IMG/VR virus record: IMGVR_UViG_3300037465_000496
Span: 1 to 29,826 of that record
Origin: a virus
Lineage: Duplodnaviria; Caudoviricetes
Length of the DNA: 29,826 nt
Reading direction: 5' to 3' (one strand)
Position 1 is the stretch's first letter; every line of letters starts with the position of its first letter. Shown one piece after another: positions 26,442 through 29,826 of this stretch. Position numbers and translations under genes: made by a program. The notes under the pieces are model-generated. The model ran no database searches and had not been told where the DNA came from. It saw only the letters and a program-made list of their open reading frames with translations.

Positions 26442-26753
26442 CTACGAGGCCCCCGACTCGGGGGCCTTCTTCTTCCTGCGCTTTCGCAGGGGTTCCACCT
26501 CGTGGGTGGAGCAGACCTCGTAGAGGTACTGGCGGCTCAGCCCCTCGGACTCGGCCACGATCGAGAGCGGTTCCGCGCGCAGGCGCGCCAGCAGGGCCTC
26601 GGTCTTGGAGCTCAGCGGCGCCCGGCGCGCGCGCTCCCGCTTGACCTCGATGGCCAGGGCATCCAGGTCAGCCTCCGGGAGGCTCCTCAACCAGTTCCGC
26701 ATCGGGTTCGGGCGGGGGGCTTCCGAGGGTTGCGAGGTAGTCCCGGACGACAT
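26442..26753 (-). CDS. Small HTH DNA-binding protein (103 aa) with a basic tail
   Basis: GGAGGAG RBS before the ATG; PLSIVAESEGLSRQYLYEVC is an HTH-like motif; RKRRKKK tail. Confidence 0.7.
   Translation of the reverse strand: MSSGTTSQPSEAPRPNPMRNWLRSLPEADLDALAIEVKRERARRAPLSSKTEALLARLRAEPLSIVAESEGLSRQYLYEVCSTHEVEPLRKRRKKKAPESGAS
26447..26476 (+). terminator. Intrinsic terminator for the plus-strand gene
   Basis: AGGCCCCCG-ACT-CGGGGGCCT perfect 9-bp stem followed by TCTTCTT, starting 12 nt after the TAG at 26434. Confidence 0.7.
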
Positions 26754-27084
26754 GGGCCGTCTCCTCCGCTTCGGCGACCGCCTGGTCCCGAAGTCCGAGC
26801 ACGAGCTGGACCGCCTGGGGCAGCTCGCGCGTGAATCCGATCAGGACGGTGGGCAGGCGCAGCCCGACCGCCACCATAGCGTACCAGCCCGGGGCGAAGT
26901 CGAGGTCATCCCGCCACACCTGGAACTCCCCATTCGCGGGCCACCAGCGCCAGCGCAGGGAGGCGGATTCGGCCTCGACCGGCAGGAGGCAGCCCTGGTG
27001 GGCGAGGTGCCGTTCCGCGATGTGCACCGCCCTCGCCAGCTCGGCGAAGACCTGCTTGCTGCGTTCGGCCGGGCCGGCTGTCAC
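26668..27084 (-). CDS. Hypothetical protein (138 aa)
   Basis: Protein-like composition filling the gap; GTG start without a Shine-Dalgarno. Confidence 0.6.
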   Translation of the reverse strand: MTAGPAERSKQVFAELARAVHIAERHLAHQGCLLPVEAESASLRWRWWPANGEFQVWRDDLDFAPGWYAMVAVGLRLPTVLIGFTRELPQAVQLVLGLRDQAVAEAEETAHVVRDYLATLGSPPPEPDAELVEEPPGG

Positions 27085-27101
27085 GTTGACGTTCTACCAC
27101 G

Positions 27102-27527
27102 TCAGGCGTTGCCGCGCAGCCGCTCCTTCTTCGCGGGGCGGACCTCGATCTCAACGATCACGCCATCGGTGGGCCCGGCGATGTCCAGGGCCAGGTCGAA
27201 CTCCATGTCGTTGGTGATCGTTCCGTCCGCGGGGTCGTCGATCTGGTAGTAGATTCCTTCGCCCCCATCGGCCTCGAAGGCGTCCCCGACCGTCTGGGTG
27301 CCGAGCGCCGCCATCGGCTCGCCGGTGTAGACCAGGAAGCGGGAGTTGAGCTGCGAGTTGCCGTGGAAGACGGCGTCGAAGGCCGCGGCGGTCGCAGTCG
27401 GATCCGCCACGCGAACGCGGCGGATGAAGCCGGCGGTCGGCATGTCCTCGATGGTGAAGGCCTGGAGCACGTTGGTCACGCCATCGACGGTGACGACGCG
27501 GACGACGGGCTCGAACTCCTGACGCAT
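27102..27527 (-). CDS. Hypothetical beta-rich protein, possibly a virion accessory (141 aa)
   Basis: AGGAGG RBS; alternating hydrophobic beta pattern; directly follows the fibre gene. Confidence 0.6.
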   Translation of the reverse strand: MRQEFEPVVRVVTVDGVTNVLQAFTIEDMPTAGFIRRVRVADPTATAAAFDAVFHGNSQLNSRFLVYTGEPMAALGTQTVGDAFEADGGEGIYYQIDDPADGTITNDMEFDLALDIAGPTDGVIVEIEVRPAKKERLRGNA

Positions 27528-27536
27528 GGGTTCCTC

Positions 27537-28676
27537 CTAGGCCTCGTCGCCGACCTTCAACACGCGGACGACGACGATGCGCTTCACCGTCCAGGTCTCG
27601 CCGACCGTGGTGTTCGACGCCGCGACGAGGATGCGCGCCATCGCCAGGAGGTCGGCCGCCGTGGACTCGTCGAGCCCGGGGTCGTTCAATTCCTTGTTCA
27701 CCCCGCCGGGGTTGAGGAAGGCGAGGGGCCACCACGAAGTGAATGGCGACCCGGAGGGGGAGCCGGACAGCGCCCGGAGCGAGCGCTTGTCGCCGTCCCA
27801 CAGGAACCCGAGGTGCGTGTGCCCGGCGGCCGGCGCGATCGTCTGGGTGACCGTCGCGCCCCACTTGGCGACCACGTCCTGGCCGGTTTCCTGGTGCTGG
27901 ATGCCCGCCTTGGGGCTGCTCGCCACGGTCTGCCCGAGGATCACGCCGACCCCCATCGCCGCCGAGTAGCCGGTGTTGCAGGTGACCTCGGCGAAGACCG
28001 CGAAGGTGTCCTCCAGCGTGAGCTTCGCGTCCACGGGCTCCACCGAGAAGCCGGCGCCGGTGTTCGTTCCGAAGAGCGCGGTAGCGTTCGCGGGCGTGAG
28101 CAAGAGCCCGGTGGATGCGGTGGTGCTCGACGACGCGGTGGACCGCTCCGTCGCCGTCGCCGTGCTGCCGTCCACGGCGTTGGTGAAGCTCCAGGGCGAG
28201 CCACCCGACGCCCCAGTGAGGTCGATGTTCATGGCCGGGACCTGGAACACCCCGCGCTCCGGCGCCAGCCTCCACGTCGTGCCATCGGACACCAGGCGCA
28301 CCCGGTAGTTGAAGCCCTCGACCTGGAAGAGCGAGCCGCCGGTGCCGAGCCCGTCGATGGTGTCGGAACCGCCAGCCTTGATCGTGGCGAAGGCGCCGGC
28401 CGTCGCCGGCCCGAAGATGATCACGTCCAGGCCGGAGGCGTAGAGCGGCGGGAGCGTGATCGTGGGGCTCGCGTGCGTGACCTCGATCAGCCGCTTGCCG
28501 ATGGTGATCGTCGCGGTCGCCGTCGAGATGGTCTCCTCGGGAGGGACGCCGAGGTAGCCATTCACCGCATCCTTCTCCGAGCGGAGCTGGTAGCCGGTGT
28601 GCGGATCGGGGTCCGCCTCGTGAGCCGCGATGGCATCGGAGATGGTCGTGTCTTCGGGCGGGAAGGTGCGGGCCAT
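27537..28676 (-). CDS. Tail or head fibre-like protein (379 aa; start MARTFPPE)
   Basis: AGGA RBS; fibre motif IAAHEADPDPHTGY, then TITLPP...TIKAGGSDTIDG...VRLVSDGTTW as seen in phage fibre modules; beta-rich, possibly lectin-like C-domain. Confidence 0.7.
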   Translation of the reverse strand: MARTFPPEDTTISDAIAAHEADPDPHTGYQLRSEKDAVNGYLGVPPEETISTATATITIGKRLIEVTHASPTITLPPLYASGLDVIIFGPATAGAFATIKAGGSDTIDGLGTGGSLFQVEGFNYRVRLVSDGTTWRLAPERGVFQVPAMNIDLTGASGGSPWSFTNAVDGSTATATERSTASSSTTASTGLLLTPANATALFGTNTGAGFSVEPVDAKLTLEDTFAVFAEVTCNTGYSAAMGVGVILGQTVASSPKAGIQHQETGQDVVAKWGATVTQTIAPAAGHTHLGFLWDGDKRSLRALSGSPSGSPFTSWWPLAFLNPGGVNKELNDPGLDESTAADLLAMARILVAASNTTVGETWTVKRIVVVRVLKVGDEA

Positions 28677-28708
28677 GATTCCTACCCGCAGACCGCCCGT
28701 CAACGCTC

Positions 28709-28743
28709 GGCGCTCCTGGGGGTGTCGCGGGCCCAGGAGCGCC
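28709..28743. repeat. Perfect 12-bp inverted repeat in the fibre-gene leader
   Basis: GGCGCTCCTGGG (28709-28720), 11-nt loop, CCCAGGAGCGCC (28732-28743); no U-tract on either strand. Confidence 0.85.
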
Positions 28744-28754
28744 TGCGGCGTACC

Positions 28755-29066
28755 TCAGCACCACGAGGCGGGAAGGAGACTACGCAGCGAGTGACAGAAT
28801 GTCAAGTCGGCCGGCACTGGCTGTAATCCCACGGGGACCATACTGCCGGTCCAGTAGTGACCCGGGTTGTCGGATTGTTCCACGCCGCGGAACCAGAAGC
28901 CCCACTCCGATTCGCCTTCCTTGCGCAGCCAATCGCGCTCGGCCTCGGTGAGGTTGTTCCGGTAGCCGCTCCAGTTGCAGGAGTCGTCGGATCCACCGTA
29001 TCCGGGATCGACGTGCCACAGGATGAAGCCGGTGCCGTCCAGGATCTGGGTCATGGGATCGTGCAT
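28755..29066 (-). CDS. Hypothetical phage protein (103 aa; start MHDPMTQ), possibly truncated
   Basis: GGAGGA RBS before the ATG at 29066; Trp-rich WHVDPGYGGSDDSCNW segment; the last codons run through the promoter. Confidence 0.55.
   Translation of the reverse strand: MHDPMTQILDGTGFILWHVDPGYGGSDDSCNWSGYRNNLTEAERDWLRKEGESEWGFWFRGVEQSDNPGHYWTGSMVPVGLQPVPADLTFCHSLRSLLPASWC
28777..28805 (-). promoter_or_regulatory. Near-consensus sigma70 promoter with a palindrome over the -35 element
   Basis: TTGACA (28805-28800), 17 bp spacer, TAGTCT (28782-28777); TGACA-N3-TGTCA inverted repeat at 28792-28804. Confidence 0.8.
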
Positions 29067-29826
29067 GCTGTCGTCCTCCACATGTTGAGTTGTTGTGCCG
29101 GCACCGCGGCCGGCGGCTCCGAGAGCGTCAGCCACTCGCTCTTCGCGCGCCGTGCGGACCACGATCCGGGCCCGCCCGCGCTTCGCATGCCCGTCAGGTC
29201 GAGGTAATGCCAGCCGGGGAGAGCCAGCGGCTCCGCCTCGCAGACCGCGACCCGCGCGCCGCGGGATCGCAGGTCCAGCGCCATCGCCAGCACCGTCTCG
29301 CGCGGGCAGTCCGCCGCGTAGCTCGTCGCGCCGCGGTAGGGCGGATCGAGGATCGCGACCCAGCCGTCCAGGTCGCCCTGCGGCACGCAGTCCTCGGCGC
29401 GGGCGTGGCAGGCGACGATGGCTGGAGCCCGGAGCTCCGCGAGGCGGTCGACGCGCATCGCGATCATGTCGGGTCGAAAGCGGTCCACGAAGCCACGCTC
29501 GCGAGCGGATTCGCTGATGTGACCGTAACCCGCCGTCTTCCATCTCCCGTCGCGCACGACCACGGGCTTGCTGAGCGCCGCCCCCGCCTGGAGGCAGAGG
29601 TACGCCGCAACCTGGTGGGCGATGGCCTCGATCCGCGCGGCAATGGTGCCGGGGTCGATCATGCCGCGTACAGTCCCGCGCCCCGTGCCCTTGGGGCGGA
29701 TCTCGCGGGTGGCATGTTGAACGGCCGGCTCGGGTGCGGCCGGCCGCCGTCCCCACTGGATGTGCGGGTGGTCGGGGTCCGCGTGGTGCCCGCGCTGAAT
29801 CGCACCCTCCGCCCCACCCGACCGCG
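29051..29826 (-). CDS. DNA adenine methyltransferase, Dam-like (C-terminal part; 5' end probably beyond window)
   Basis: Catalytic AILDPPY (DPPY at 29347-29336), followed by ARVAVCE and KSEWLTL as in alpha-group MTases. The frame has no stop from 29662 to the window edge, and motif I (FxGxG) is not in the visible part. Confidence 0.7.
   Translation of the reverse strand, partial: RSGGAEGAIQRGHHADPDHPHIQWGRRPAAPEPAVQHATREIRPKGTGRGTVRGMIDPGTIAARIEAIAHQVAAYLCLQAGAALSKPVVVRDGRWKTAGYGHISESARERGFVDRFRPDMIAMRVDRLAELRAPAIVACHARAEDCVPQGDLDGWVAILDPPYRGATSYAADCPRETVLAMALDLRSRGARVAVCEAEPLALPGWHYLDLTGMRSAGGPGSWSARRAKSEWLTLSEPPAAVPAQQLNMWRTTACTIP

Larger units (their letters stand above)
1..29826 (-). mobile_element. 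Tailed dsDNA phage or prophage segment (packaging, head, short-tail and ejection modules; podovirus-like organisation)
   Basis: Co-oriented, tightly packed minus-strand genes in the order terminase, portal, scaffold, capsid, cement, adaptor, nozzle, internal virion proteins, tailspike. No tape-measure, tail tube or sheath gene and no host housekeeping gene recognised. Free phage versus prophage cannot be decided from this window. Confidence 0.95.

Noticed and set aside
27537-28743. Diversity-generating retroelement targeting the fibre gene
   Set aside because: No reverse transcriptase and no template/variable repeat pair is visible in this window.

Overview
The whole window looks like a segment of a very GC-rich (roughly 70%, estimated by eye) tailed dsDNA phage or prophage with a podovirus-like layout, read almost entirely on the minus strand. 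In transcription order (right to left) it holds: a partial Dam-like DNA adenine methyltransferase; a small hypothetical; a near-consensus sigma70 promoter driving a fibre gene and a small beta-rich gene; small regulators, including an RHH plus sigma4-like HTH fusion; putative TerS, TerL and portal; small head-region genes including an FmdB-type Zn ribbon; scaffold, major capsid and cement; an enlarged head-tail adaptor and a nozzle; three mid-sized tail genes; three internal virion/ejection proteins (196, 796 and 2472 aa); and a beta-helix tailspike that runs off the left edge and is missing from the ORF track. Only one real gene appears to be on the plus strand. I saw no integrase, lysis genes, tRNA, CRISPR array or reverse transcriptase. 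The most unusual observations are: (1) a tandem winged-helix module inside the giant ejection protein, whose second domain has a Zalpha-like wing (GTPPLWK); (2) hairpins that mask ribosome-binding sites, with -10-like hexamers in their 5' arms, at module boundaries; (3) an RHH-sigma4 regulator together with TGAC-type repeats at several promoter regions. All protein calls come from motifs recognised by eye and from gene order; no database search was run.
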